A DNA stretch of 22,138 bases from an uncultured Pseudomonadota bacterium (GTDB lineage: Bacteria; SAR324; NAC60-12): positions 1 to 22,138 of the forward strand of contig CAJWCD010000054.1 of NCBI GenBank assembly GCA_913020725.1, given 5' to 3'. The position numbers and the translations under genes were made by a program. The notes under the pieces are model-generated. The model saw only the letters and a list, made by a program, of their open reading frames with translations, ran no database searches and was not told where the DNA came from. The stretch's first letter is position 1; the number at the start of each line of letters is the position of its first letter. Below are positions 1 through 8,671 of the stretch, in pieces.

Positions 1-1
1 A

Positions 2-46
2 AGTAATTTCAATGTGTTAAATGCATTGCGTAACATCAGTCATTAA
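2..46 (+). CDS. Possible 3' end of an upstream gene (partial, ...SNFNVLNALRNISH*)
   Basis: Frame is open from the window edge to TAA at 44-46, which directly abuts the ATG at 47, as expected in a tightly packed operon. Too short to identify. Confidence 0.3.
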   Translation, partial: SNFNVLNALRNISH

Positions 47-1189
47 ATGATGAAACAACTTGGTATTGACGCCTCCAACATATGTGACGGAGGTGGTCTG
101 ACGCACCTTGTAGAACTTCTGCATGCTGCCAAACCAGTTACACATGGTTTTGAAAAAATTTATGTTTGGGCTCCTTCTGCAACCCTTGCTCAAATAAAAG
201 AAAAACCTTGGATCATGAAACGCTCAGACCCTTTACTGGAACAACATTATCTCCAGCGAGCGTTTTGGCAACGAAAACGCCTGAGTCAATTGCTAAAATT
301 TGAAAAATGCGATTTGTTGTTTGTGCCAGGTGGTTCATTTGCCACAGATTTTCGCCCTGTCGTTACGATGAATCAGAATTTACTTCCTTTTGAATGGCGT
401 GAATTGCTTCGCTTTGGCCTCTCAAGACAAACACTCAGGTTGATGCTGTTGCGTTTTTCACAATCACGATCCTTGCATCATGCCAACGGATCAGTATTTT
501 TGACAAAATATGCGATGGCTACTGTACTCAAGGTTACAGGAGAGGTGTCCGGAGCAACAACGGTTGTGCCTCACGGGGTCGATACTCGTTTCGCTAATCC
601 TCCGCGTAAGCCGAAACCACTGGAGTCATACTGTAAACAAAAACCATTTCAATTATTGTATGTTTCTAATGTCAATGTTTACAAACACCAGTGGGAGGTT
701 GCTGGAGCGGTCGCAAATCTCAGAATGAGAGGGTATCCGGTCGCCTTGGATTTGATTGGGGCGGCCTTCCCTCCATCCTTAAAGCGATTACAGGGAGTAA
801 TGACTAAAGCAGATCGAGAAGGTGATTTTATTCGCTACTTGGGATCGAGGCCGCATGATGAGTTGCCTGCCCGGTACGCTTCAGCGGATGCCTGTGTGTT
901 TGCTTCAAGCTGTGAAAACTTGCCGAATATTCTCTTGGAGGGTATGGCATCAGGTTTGCCCATTGCTTGCTCTGATCGTGGGCCGATGCCGGAATTGTTA
1001 GGCGATGCCGCTGTTTACTTTAACCCGGAGCTGCAATCGAGTATTGAGGAGGCACTAGAGAGATTGCTGAATTCACCTGAATTACGGTACAGCCTAGCAA
1101 AGAAAACCTACCAGCTCTCCCAAAAATACACATGGGATAAATGTGCGGATCAAACCTTTGACTTTTTAAGTCAATGTATTCGTTCTTAA
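47..1189 (+). CDS. Glycosyltransferase family 4 (GT-B fold, group 1)
   Basis: 380-aa ORF with N-terminal GGG loop, 'VVPHGVD', 'YKHQ', and the GT4 EX7E signature 'ENLPNILLEGMASGLPIACSD', ending 'YTWDKCADQT'. Confidence 0.9.
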   Translation: MMKQLGIDASNICDGGGLTHLVELLHAAKPVTHGFEKIYVWAPSATLAQIKEKPWIMKRSDPLLEQHYLQRAFWQRKRLSQLLKFEKCDLLFVPGGSFATDFRPVVTMNQNLLPFEWRELLRFGLSRQTLRLMLLRFSQSRSLHHANGSVFLTKYAMATVLKVTGEVSGATTVVPHGVDTRFANPPRKPKPLESYCKQKPFQLLYVSNVNVYKHQWEVAGAVANLRMRGYPVALDLIGAAFPPSLKRLQGVMTKADREGDFIRYLGSRPHDELPARYASADACVFASSCENLPNILLEGMASGLPIACSDRGPMPELLGDAAVYFNPELQSSIEEALERLLNSPELRYSLAKKTYQLSQKYTWDKCADQTFDFLSQCIRS

Positions 1190-1204
1190 ACAAATCGATG
1201 ATCA

Positions 1205-2278
1205 ATGACAAGTGTAAAAATGAATCAACGTGATGAAGAGTATCGTAACTGCACCGTATTAGTTACTGGCGGTACTGGTGCCATCGGCAGTAATCTTTCG
1301 CGCAAACTAGCTGAAATCGGAGCTGCGAAGGTCATCATCTTGGATGATCTTTCCGCAGCATACGAATGGAATATTCCCAATTTGCCGAATGTTCTTTTTG
1401 TGAAGGGAAGCATTACCAGCGACATCGATCTCAAGCGGGTTTTCTGCGAAAAACCGACCTACATCTTCCACCTAGCCGCATTTTTTGCAAATCAGAACTC
1501 CGTGGACTATCCGGAGCAGGATTTGCTGGTCAGTCAGTTGGGCACCATCAAGGTACTGGAATATGCAGTGTTGTCTGGCAATATCAAACGTTTTGTCTAT
1601 GCCGGATCAGGATGTGCGATTTATGGGGCACAGGCTCCTTTGCCATTAAAGGAGGAGTTCATTTCCATGAATTTGAGTACTCCTTATCAAATTTCCAAAA
1701 TGGCAGGGGAGCTTTATTGTAATTTCTATCATCATCATTATGGCTTGCCTATCGTGAAAACCCGGTTTTTCAATTCCTACGGCCCTGGGGAAGTTCCGGG
1801 CCAATACCGAAACGTCATTCCGAATTTCATCTATTGGGCCATGAAAGGCCAACCTCTGCCGATCACGGGCAACGGCAGAATGACTCGGGACTTCACCTAT
1901 GTCGCCGATATCGTGGATGCCTTGTTGCTCGCTGGTTATTCGGAACGGGCCATTGGCGAGGAAATGAACATCGCTTCCGGTCAAGAGATGGAAATCATGC
2001 AAATGGCTGAGATGGTCAATGCTCTGACCGATAACAAGGCCGGTTGCGTTCACAGGGACCGTCGCAAATGGGACACGAAATCCAGACTGCGGGCGAGCAT
2101 CGACAAGGCCAAGGATTTGTTGGGGTATGCGCCAAGGATGACATTTGAGGACGGTCTGCAAGACACAATCCGCTGGTTTGCAGGTCATTGGGAGGAGATC
2201 AACCGGGATGCCGAGTTCCCACCGGGAATGTCCTCCGCCGTCAGACACCATGTCTTGCAACAGAAGGAACAGGCTTGA
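1205..2278 (+). CDS. NAD-dependent nucleotide-sugar epimerase/dehydratase (extended SDR)
   Basis: 'VLVTGGTGAIG' Rossmann motif, 'FHLAA', catalytic YxxxK 'YQISK', 'RFFNSYGPG', 'RDFTYVADIV'. Substrate cannot be assigned. Confidence 0.92.
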   Translation: MTSVKMNQRDEEYRNCTVLVTGGTGAIGSNLSRKLAEIGAAKVIILDDLSAAYEWNIPNLPNVLFVKGSITSDIDLKRVFCEKPTYIFHLAAFFANQNSVDYPEQDLLVSQLGTIKVLEYAVLSGNIKRFVYAGSGCAIYGAQAPLPLKEEFISMNLSTPYQISKMAGELYCNFYHHHYGLPIVKTRFFNSYGPGEVPGQYRNVIPNFIYWAMKGQPLPITGNGRMTRDFTYVADIVDALLLAGYSERAIGEEMNIASGQEMEIMQMAEMVNALTDNKAGCVHRDRRKWDTKSRLRASIDKAKDLLGYAPRMTFEDGLQDTIRWFAGHWEEINRDAEFPPGMSSAVRHHVLQQKEQA

Positions 2279-4446
2279 TGAAGCAAGTGGTGCAGAGTTA
2301 CAAGACGGGAGAGGTTACGTTGCGCGAGATGCCGGTTCCTCAGTGTGGGAGCAAGCGCATCTTGGTGAAAAACCGGCACTCGCTCGTCAGTATCGGCACG
2401 GAGCGCATGACGATTGAATTGGGGCGCAAGTCTTTGCTGGGAAAAGCAAAGGCGCGTCCGGATTTGGTGCGTCGAGTTTGGGAGAAAGCCAAGCAAGAAG
2501 GGCTGCTCAAAACTTATCAGGAGGCGATGGGAAGGTTGGATGCCCCAACTCCGCTAGGATACAGTTGTTCTGGGGTTGTGGTTGAGTCTGGGGTGGCTGC
2601 AAGTGCTTTTACTCCGGGAGACCGAGTCGCCTGTATTGGGCAGGGATTTGCCAGCCACGCGGATTTCGTTTCTGTGCCGCCAAACCTTGCGTGCCGCATT
2701 CCGGAGAAGGTGAGTGATGAAGCGGCTACTTTTGGCATGTTGGGCATCATCGCACTCCACGGCATTCGCCGTGCCGATCTGAGCTTTGGAAGCCATGTGA
2801 CTGTGCTGGGGTTGGGGTTGCTGGGGCTGCTCTCGGTACAGATTCTCCAAGCCTATGGCTGCCAAGTGACGGCAATGGATTTGGATGCTCGTAAGGTCAA
2901 TTTGGCCCAGCAGCTTGGAGTCTCTTTTGCCACCATTGACGGGGATGGGTTACAGCAGCAAGTCCATGCCGTGACGCATGGACACGGGGCGGATGCCGTC
3001 TTGATCACGGCTGCCTCAAAATCGAGGGAGCCGGTTGATTTAGCTATCCGCTTGTCCCGTTCCCGTGCTAAGATCGTGGTGGTCGGCACTGCGGATATTC
3101 ACCCTGACCGCAACGAACTCTGGCAGAAGGAGGTGGAGTTGCTGGTGTCCCGTGCGGCAGGCCCCGGATCCTTGGATCCTTTGTATGAACTGGAGGGGGT
3201 TGACCTACCCATTGCTGAAGTGCGCTGGACCCAAAACCGCAACTTGCAAGAGTTTCTTCGTCTGGTTTCAGAGGAACGGGTGCAGTTGGACCCTTTGATC
3301 ACTCACCGAATCTCCTTCTCAAAAGCCGAGCAGACTTATCGGCGCCTGATGGATGGGGAAATGCAGGACGCTGTTGGTGTTGTGCTGAACTATCCGGAGC
3401 AAACTCCCATCGAGCGGCACTTACGTTTTCCTCAACAAAAAACAGGTCCGTTGGGAAAAAATGAAGTCGGTGTTGGCGTCCTCGGTGCCGGACTGTTTGG
3501 AAAAGCGCTGTTGTTGCCGGCCCTTGCCAAAACCGCTCATGCAAAACTGCATACCCTCGTTACGACTTCCGGAGTCAATGCAGAACATAGTGCAAAGCGA
3601 TTTGGATTCCAGTCCTGTGCAACGGATGAAACCTCCCTTTGGAATGAGGAAGAGATCAATGCAGTGGTGGCACTCACGCCGCATCACACCCATGCTCGGT
3701 TGGTTAAGGAAGCCATTGCACACCAGCGCCCCCTCTTTCTGGAAAAACCCCTCTGTGTCACTCCCGAAGAATTGGATGAATTGATCCAGTTGATCGAAAA
3801 GCAAAAGCGATTGCCCATTGTTCAGGTGGGGCACAACCGACGTTTTTCGCCTCATGTGCAACAGATTCGGAAGTGGCTTCAGCATCGAGTTGACCCCTTG
3901 GTGTTGCAAATGCGCGTTAACGCAGGGTATGTGCCGCCGGACCATTGGGTCCACAGCGAATCTGAGGGGCGTAGCCGCATTGTGGGGGAAATGTCTCACT
4001 TCATTGACCTGATGCAGGCGCTTATTGGAAGTTTGCCTGTGCAAATCCATGCGGAGCGGGTGGACGGCAACAACCGAAGCGTGGTCAACAACGATAACAT
4101 CGTGGCACTCCTGAAGTTTGCGGACGGCTCGGTGGGAAGTTTGACTTATTCCGCCTCCGGAGACAAGGGGTATTCTCGTGAAGCCATAGAAATCTTCTTT
4201 GATCGGAAAACGATCCGTTCACAGGATTTCCGGAAAAGCGAGTTGTATGCGTCAGGAAAGCAAGCCTTCAAGACGATGAGCCAGGAAATGGGGTATCGGG
4301 AAGAGCTTCAGCATTTCATAGACTGTGTGCGGGGAAAGGAACAACCGGCGGTTTCCATGGAAGAAACATTGTGGAGTATGCGCACGGTTTTTGGGATTGA
4401 ACGAGCTTTGGCGACTCGTGAGACGGTTCGTTTGGAGAATGCCTGA
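2278..4446 (+). CDS. Bi-domain oxidoreductase (MDR/alcohol-dehydrogenase-like domain + Gfo/Idh/MocA domain) of polysaccharide loci
   Basis: True start is probably ATG 2278, overlapping the previous stop (TGATG) and giving 'MKQVVQSYKTG'. It has 'SLVSIGTE', 'LGYSCSG', 'GLGLLG', then a second Rossmann 'GAGLFG', 'FLEKPL', 'VGHNRRFSP', 'GEMSHFID'. Confidence 0.9.
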   Translation: MKQVVQSYKTGEVTLREMPVPQCGSKRILVKNRHSLVSIGTERMTIELGRKSLLGKAKARPDLVRRVWEKAKQEGLLKTYQEAMGRLDAPTPLGYSCSGVVVESGVAASAFTPGDRVACIGQGFASHADFVSVPPNLACRIPEKVSDEAATFGMLGIIALHGIRRADLSFGSHVTVLGLGLLGLLSVQILQAYGCQVTAMDLDARKVNLAQQLGVSFATIDGDGLQQQVHAVTHGHGADAVLITAASKSREPVDLAIRLSRSRAKIVVVGTADIHPDRNELWQKEVELLVSRAAGPGSLDPLYELEGVDLPIAEVRWTQNRNLQEFLRLVSEERVQLDPLITHRISFSKAEQTYRRLMDGEMQDAVGVVLNYPEQTPIERHLRFPQQKTGPLGKNEVGVGVLGAGLFGKALLLPALAKTAHAKLHTLVTTSGVNAEHSAKRFGFQSCATDETSLWNEEEINAVVALTPHHTHARLVKEAIAHQRPLFLEKPLCVTPEELDELIQLIEKQKRLPIVQVGHNRRFSPHVQQIRKWLQHRVDPLVLQMRVNAGYVPPDHWVHSESEGRSRIVGEMSHFIDLMQALIGSLPVQIHAERVDGNNRSVVNNDNIVALLKFADGSVGSLTYSASGDKGYSREAIEIFFDRKTIRSQDFRKSELYASGKQAFKTMSQEMGYREELQHFIDCVRGKEQPAVSMEETLWSMRTVFGIERALATRETVRLENA

Positions 4447-4461
4447 GATTTGGAACTGACA

Positions 4462-5682
4462 ATGCACATTTTGCTGATCACCGATTCTTATCCTCCAGAA
4501 ATCCGCTCTGCTGCTCACTTGATGCTGGAATTGGCCGAGGAGTTGCGAGACCGTGGGCACAAAGTCGCTGTGGCTACGACGTGGCCTCGGTATAATCTGG
4601 ATGAGGAAATGTCCTCTAAGGAATTTCCAGAAATTTGTGAGGAAAATGGCATTCGAGTGCTGAGGATCAAGACGCTTCCTCACCACGGGGTTGCTTACTG
4701 GTTTCGAGGCCTAGCAGAGTTGCTCATGCCTCTGCAATTTTGGAGAAAACTCCGGCAACACCAAATGACTCAGGTGGATGCGGTGGTTGTCTATGCTCCT
4801 CCACTTCCCTTGGCATTGTTGGGAGTAAAACTCAAAAAACAAGGGGTTCGTTTCATTTTGAACGTGCAGGATATTTTTCCAAAAAATGCTATCGATTTGG
4901 GGATTCTAGTCAATCCAGTCTTGATCCGCTTCTTTCAGTGGATGGAACGAAGCGTCTATTGCAATGCAGATGTGGTCACTTTGCACTCGGAAGGTAATCA
5001 TGCTTTGGTTAGTCGCAACTTGCCCGAGGAGTTGCCAAAGTTTCAGATCTTACACAATTGGGTAGATATTGATCATCATATTAATGGAAAAAACCGAGTT
5101 GATTTTCGGGAAAAATACGGCATTGGCGAAAAGAGAGTAGCCCTGTTTGCCGGAGTGTTGGGGCCAGCTCAATATCTAGAACTCTTGCTGCGTGTGGCTG
5201 AAGAACTACAAGACGAGAATGAGTTGATTTTTCTGATCGTGGGAGACGGGACGGAGAAAAAAAAGCTGATGAAATTTGCCCGCCAACGCAAGTTGCGCAA
5301 TGTTATGTTTCAGCCGTTCGTGTCTCGGGAACATTATCCGGATTTACTGGGTGCAAGCGATATCGGCATTGTGTGCCTAAGCCCGCTTAATAAAACCCCT
5401 GTTGTTCCAGGGAAGCTTCAGGGGTACATGGCGGCTGGGTTGCCGGTGGTCACTTTCCTCAATCGAGAAAGTGATGGCCACCAGATTGTGAAACATGCTG
5501 AAGCGGGTTTGTCTGCCCCTTCCGATGATCAAAAAGCCTGTACGTCTGCCCTGCGGGATTTGCTCAAACAAAAAGACCTGACATCGCTAGGGTTACGAGG
5601 GCAAGCATACGCCCGCCAGCATTTCAGCAAAGCATCCTGCGTAAGCCAGTTAGAAAGCCTGCTTGTTTCATCCGGTCCATGA
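4462..5682 (+). CDS. Glycosyltransferase family 4, WbuB-like
   Basis: '[13 protein letters not shown]', 'VQDIFP', 'NWVD', 'FAGVLGPAQ', 'VGDG', '[14 protein letters not shown]' match the WbuB-like GT4 pattern. ATG 4462 preferred over TTG 4450. Confidence 0.88.
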   Translation: MHILLITDSYPPEIRSAAHLMLELAEELRDRGHKVAVATTWPRYNLDEEMSSKEFPEICEENGIRVLRIKTLPHHGVAYWFRGLAELLMPLQFWRKLRQHQMTQVDAVVVYAPPLPLALLGVKLKKQGVRFILNVQDIFPKNAIDLGILVNPVLIRFFQWMERSVYCNADVVTLHSEGNHALVSRNLPEELPKFQILHNWVDIDHHINGKNRVDFREKYGIGEKRVALFAGVLGPAQYLELLLRVAEELQDENELIFLIVGDGTEKKKLMKFARQRKLRNVMFQPFVSREHYPDLLGASDIGIVCLSPLNKTPVVPGKLQGYMAAGLPVVTFLNRESDGHQIVKHAEAGLSAPSDDQKACTSALRDLLKQKDLTSLGLRGQAYARQHFSKASCVSQLESLLVSSGP

Positions 5683-6806
5683 ACCTGCTTTTTGTGTTTG
5701 GTACACGCCCGGAGGCCATCAAGCTGGCACCGTTGGTGCTGACTTTGAAAGAGCATTTTTCTGTCAGGGTCTGTGTGACCGGTCAGCATCGTGAGATGCT
5801 GGATCAAGTCTTGAATCTCTTCCAGATTGTGCCGGATGAGGATTTGAACTTGATGCAGCCCAATCAAACCCTGTCGGCTCTCACTGGTGTGGTTTTGGAG
5901 AGCATCACAACGGTACTCCAAGAACAGCCAGTGGATTGGTTGTTGGTTCAAGGAGATACCACCACCACCATGGCTGCAGCAATGGCTGCATTTTACCAAG
6001 GGATTCCCATTGCCCATGTCGAGGCCGGACTGCGCACCTACAATCTAGAAACTCCCTACCCTGAAGAATTCAATCGGCAAGTCGTGTCCCGCATTGCTCA
6101 CTTGCACTTCTGTCCCACCGAAACCAACCGACAAAATCTTTTGCAGGAAGGCATTTCTCCAGCAGCAGTGCATGTCACAGGCAATACTGTCATTGATGCC
6201 CTACATCAGGTTTTGAACCGTTACACCTCCACATTGCAACTCCCGTTTGATCTTGAGAACCGGAGGATGGTACTCGTCACTGGACATCGACGGGAGAATT
6301 TCGGTGATGGATTTACTCAGATTTGCCGTGCCCTAAAAACGATAGCGGAGCTACGTCCTGACTTAGAGATCGTTTATCCTGTGCATCTGAACCCAAGTGT
6401 TCAGGAACCCGTCCAGCGCATCATCTCCGGGGTGCAGAACATCCACCTTTGGAAACCCCAACCCTATCCGGAGTTTGTGCATTTGATGCGGCAAGCCTAC
6501 TTGATTCTGACGGATAGTGGCGGCGTTCAAGAAGAAGCACCCAGCCTAGGGAAGCCAGTTTTGGTCATGCGCGAGACCACAGAACGTCCGGAGGCCGTAA
6601 ACGCAGGAACGGTCAAACTGATAGGGACGGACACGGAGCGAATTGTTCGGGAAACACTGCACTTGGTTGACGACGACCTCGCCTACCAAACTATGTCAAG
6701 AATACATAATCCCTATGGCGATGGGAAAGCCTGCCAGCGCATTCTGGAAATTTTCCGCAGCAACTGTCAAGCGGGGAACTCCCCGTTCAACCTTCCTCAA
6801 ATTTAA
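5679..6806 (+). CDS. wecB: UDP-N-acetylglucosamine 2-epimerase (non-hydrolysing)
   Basis: '[12 protein letters not shown]', 'TGQHREML', 'VQGDTTT', 'HVEAGLRT', 'HRREN', '[27 protein letters not shown]', 'NPYGDG'. ATGA overlap with the upstream gene. Confidence 0.96.
   Translation: MNLLFVFGTRPEAIKLAPLVLTLKEHFSVRVCVTGQHREMLDQVLNLFQIVPDEDLNLMQPNQTLSALTGVVLESITTVLQEQPVDWLLVQGDTTTTMAAAMAAFYQGIPIAHVEAGLRTYNLETPYPEEFNRQVVSRIAHLHFCPTETNRQNLLQEGISPAAVHVTGNTVIDALHQVLNRYTSTLQLPFDLENRRMVLVTGHRRENFGDGFTQICRALKTIAELRPDLEIVYPVHLNPSVQEPVQRIISGVQNIHLWKPQPYPEFVHLMRQAYLILTDSGGVQEEAPSLGKPVLVMRETTERPEAVNAGTVKLIGTDTERIVRETLHLVDDDLAYQTMSRIHNPYGDGKACQRILEIFRSNCQAGNSPFNLPQI
6770..6787. terminator. Short GC-rich hairpin at the wecB/ferredoxin convergence (possible terminator or pause site)
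   Basis: CGGGG(6772-6776)-AACT-CCCCG(6781-6785) lies just downstream of the ferredoxin stop. There is no clear U-tract. Confidence 0.3.
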
Positions 6807-6990
6807 TCACATTTACAGGGCAACACTTTGCCGCAAGCCGTATTTTATCATCATGGACTGTGAGGTCATCCGTAGCTAATACAGTTGCAGTCCCGGCCTC
6901 GATGTCGATTCTAAATACCTCTGGGCAAACCTCTTCTGAATTCCCACAGGTAACACACCCTTCTTCAATCCAAACGCTTTTTATAGCCAT
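6787..6990 (-). CDS. Small single-cluster-type ferredoxin
   Basis: 67 aa from ATG 6990: '[21 protein letters not shown]...[10 protein letters not shown]', the layout of monocluster bacterial ferredoxins (CxxCxxCxxxCP...CP) with Ser at the third Cys position. Confidence 0.85.
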   Translation of the reverse strand: MAIKSVWIEEGCVTCGNSEEVCPEVFRIDIEAGTATVLATDDLTVHDDKIRLAAKCCPVNVIKFEEG

Positions 6991-6999
6991 TGCCAAGTA

Positions 7000-8523
7000 T
7001 CAATTTATGGGTTCAATTTTTCTGACATCATGGGAGTCGTAAATAGCATGGCCAGGTTGGTGGAGTTTTTTTACAATAAGTTTAATTTTTGAATTGATCC
7101 TTTTCATAAGGACATTACTTTTATCTGGTTCAACGATTCCAGCTAATGGAACCCAGAACACTTGGGTTAGTGAAACTAAAATTTCAGATAAAAATCTTGG
7201 CACATAAAAACGGTCACATATTAATCTTACAGCAAAGAGTAAATTGATCTTTTTGAACCATTTCCTTATCTCTTTGTGAGAGGCATGATTTTCAAGCACG
7301 GTTGGGGCTTCTAAATAACCAGTCATTTTTTCGATTCCGGAACGAAGTAATTTGTATTTTAAGCTTAGTTCATGCATGCCTGTGCCAGGATATGGATAAT
7401 AATAAAATGCTCTACCATACCTTGCTGATTTCAGATCGGATCTATTCAAATCGTATGTCTGTTTCATCATTTCTGGTGTTTCAAATGGCATACCTACAAT
7501 ATTATAAGAAAATCCTCTAATTCCATGTTTTTGTACGGTATTGAAAGCCTTAATAATGAGAGCATTCTTGTGTTTTCTGTTAACGATATTATTTCTTAAC
7601 CATTCACTGCCGCTTTCAACTCCAAAATCAACTGATTTGCATCCGGCATTTTTTAAGTCCGTGCAAACATTGTCATTGATTGTTTCAACACGCGCATTGC
7701 ATTCAAACGGTAACCCAATTTCTTTCTTGTAAACTTCACAGAATTCATGGACCCAATCTTTCCTCACAGTAAAGGTGTCGTCTGCAAAAATAATTGAACG
7801 TGTATTTGGATAAAGTTTTAAATTATTTTTTATGAGCCGAATGGATCTTTCGATGGATGGAAACCTTACCCAATTTTCTGGATTTGGGTACTCCTTCCAC
7901 AAATGTGCAGATGCGCAATAGGTGCATCTGTAGGGACATCCTCGTCCGAGCATCATTGGGAAGACATCACCACTATCGTTGATAATACGCTGATAATCAA
8001 AAACTGTATAATCGGGGTCTGCCAATTCATCTATATGCATTAATTTTGCAACTGGATTAGCTTTAAAACTAATTTTACCTGCATGATCTTTCAGCTTAAA
8101 AATAAAACTTGAAGTTTCATAAATATCATGGTTGTTGTCCAGTCCTTCACATAATTCCAAGAGGGGCATTTCTGCTTCACCAACACAAATCGCATCAAAT
8201 TTAGGAAACTCCTTAAAAGTATTCTGCTTATCTAATGTTGGATGAACTCCACCGCCAATAATAAAATGTTTGCTCACATCTGTGATTTCGAAAAATTCCC
8301 AGACATATTTTCTCTGATTCGTTGTAAATGAAATACCTACAAAATCCCAATTATTTTTTTCGATTAAATCTTTAACTTCAATGAGATGATCTTCCTTGAA
8401 AATATGGAAAAATTTAACATCATTCTTTTTATTGACAGACCCCATCAGATAGGCTAATCCATGATGTAGTCCGGGATAGTATCCAGTGTCAATATCAAAA
8501 TACATTAATAAGCCTTTAGCCAT
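7000..8523 (-). CDS. Cobalamin-binding-domain radical SAM protein (class B methyltransferase-like)
   Basis: CxxxCxxC 'GRGCPYRCTYC'. N-terminal B12-binding-like motifs 'GLAYL', 'IIGGGVHPT', 'VGEAE'. Barrel motifs 'FADDTF', 'FGVESGS', 'VGMPFET', 'PYPGT'. AAAGGA spacing favours ATG 8523 over 8529. Confidence 0.9.
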   Translation of the reverse strand: MAKGLLMYFDIDTGYYPGLHHGLAYLMGSVNKKNDVKFFHIFKEDHLIEVKDLIEKNNWDFVGISFTTNQRKYVWEFFEITDVSKHFIIGGGVHPTLDKQNTFKEFPKFDAICVGEAEMPLLELCEGLDNNHDIYETSSFIFKLKDHAGKISFKANPVAKLMHIDELADPDYTVFDYQRIINDSGDVFPMMLGRGCPYRCTYCASAHLWKEYPNPENWVRFPSIERSIRLIKNNLKLYPNTRSIIFADDTFTVRKDWVHEFCEVYKKEIGLPFECNARVETINDNVCTDLKNAGCKSVDFGVESGSEWLRNNIVNRKHKNALIIKAFNTVQKHGIRGFSYNIVGMPFETPEMMKQTYDLNRSDLKSARYGRAFYYYPYPGTGMHELSLKYKLLRSGIEKMTGYLEAPTVLENHASHKEIRKWFKKINLLFAVRLICDRFYVPRFLSEILVSLTQVFWVPLAGIVEPDKSNVLMKRINSKIKLIVKKLHQPGHAIYDSHDVRKIEPIN

Positions 8524-8671
8524 TTTCATTCCTTTTTAGTCTGATGTTTCTAGAACCTGTCCACATTTGGTGTGGAACGCTCCTGCTGTGCTAGCATGGG
8601 TAGCTCTCAGCATCAATTCATCCAGAGTCGGTATTGTCTGGTAATATTTGTGATAAAGCAAATCTTTTTCT

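Noticed and set aside
2188..2277. 30-aa N-terminal extension of the oxidoreductase ORF
   Set aside because: It overlaps the epimerase CDS. The family-like start and the TGATG coupling point to ATG 2278.
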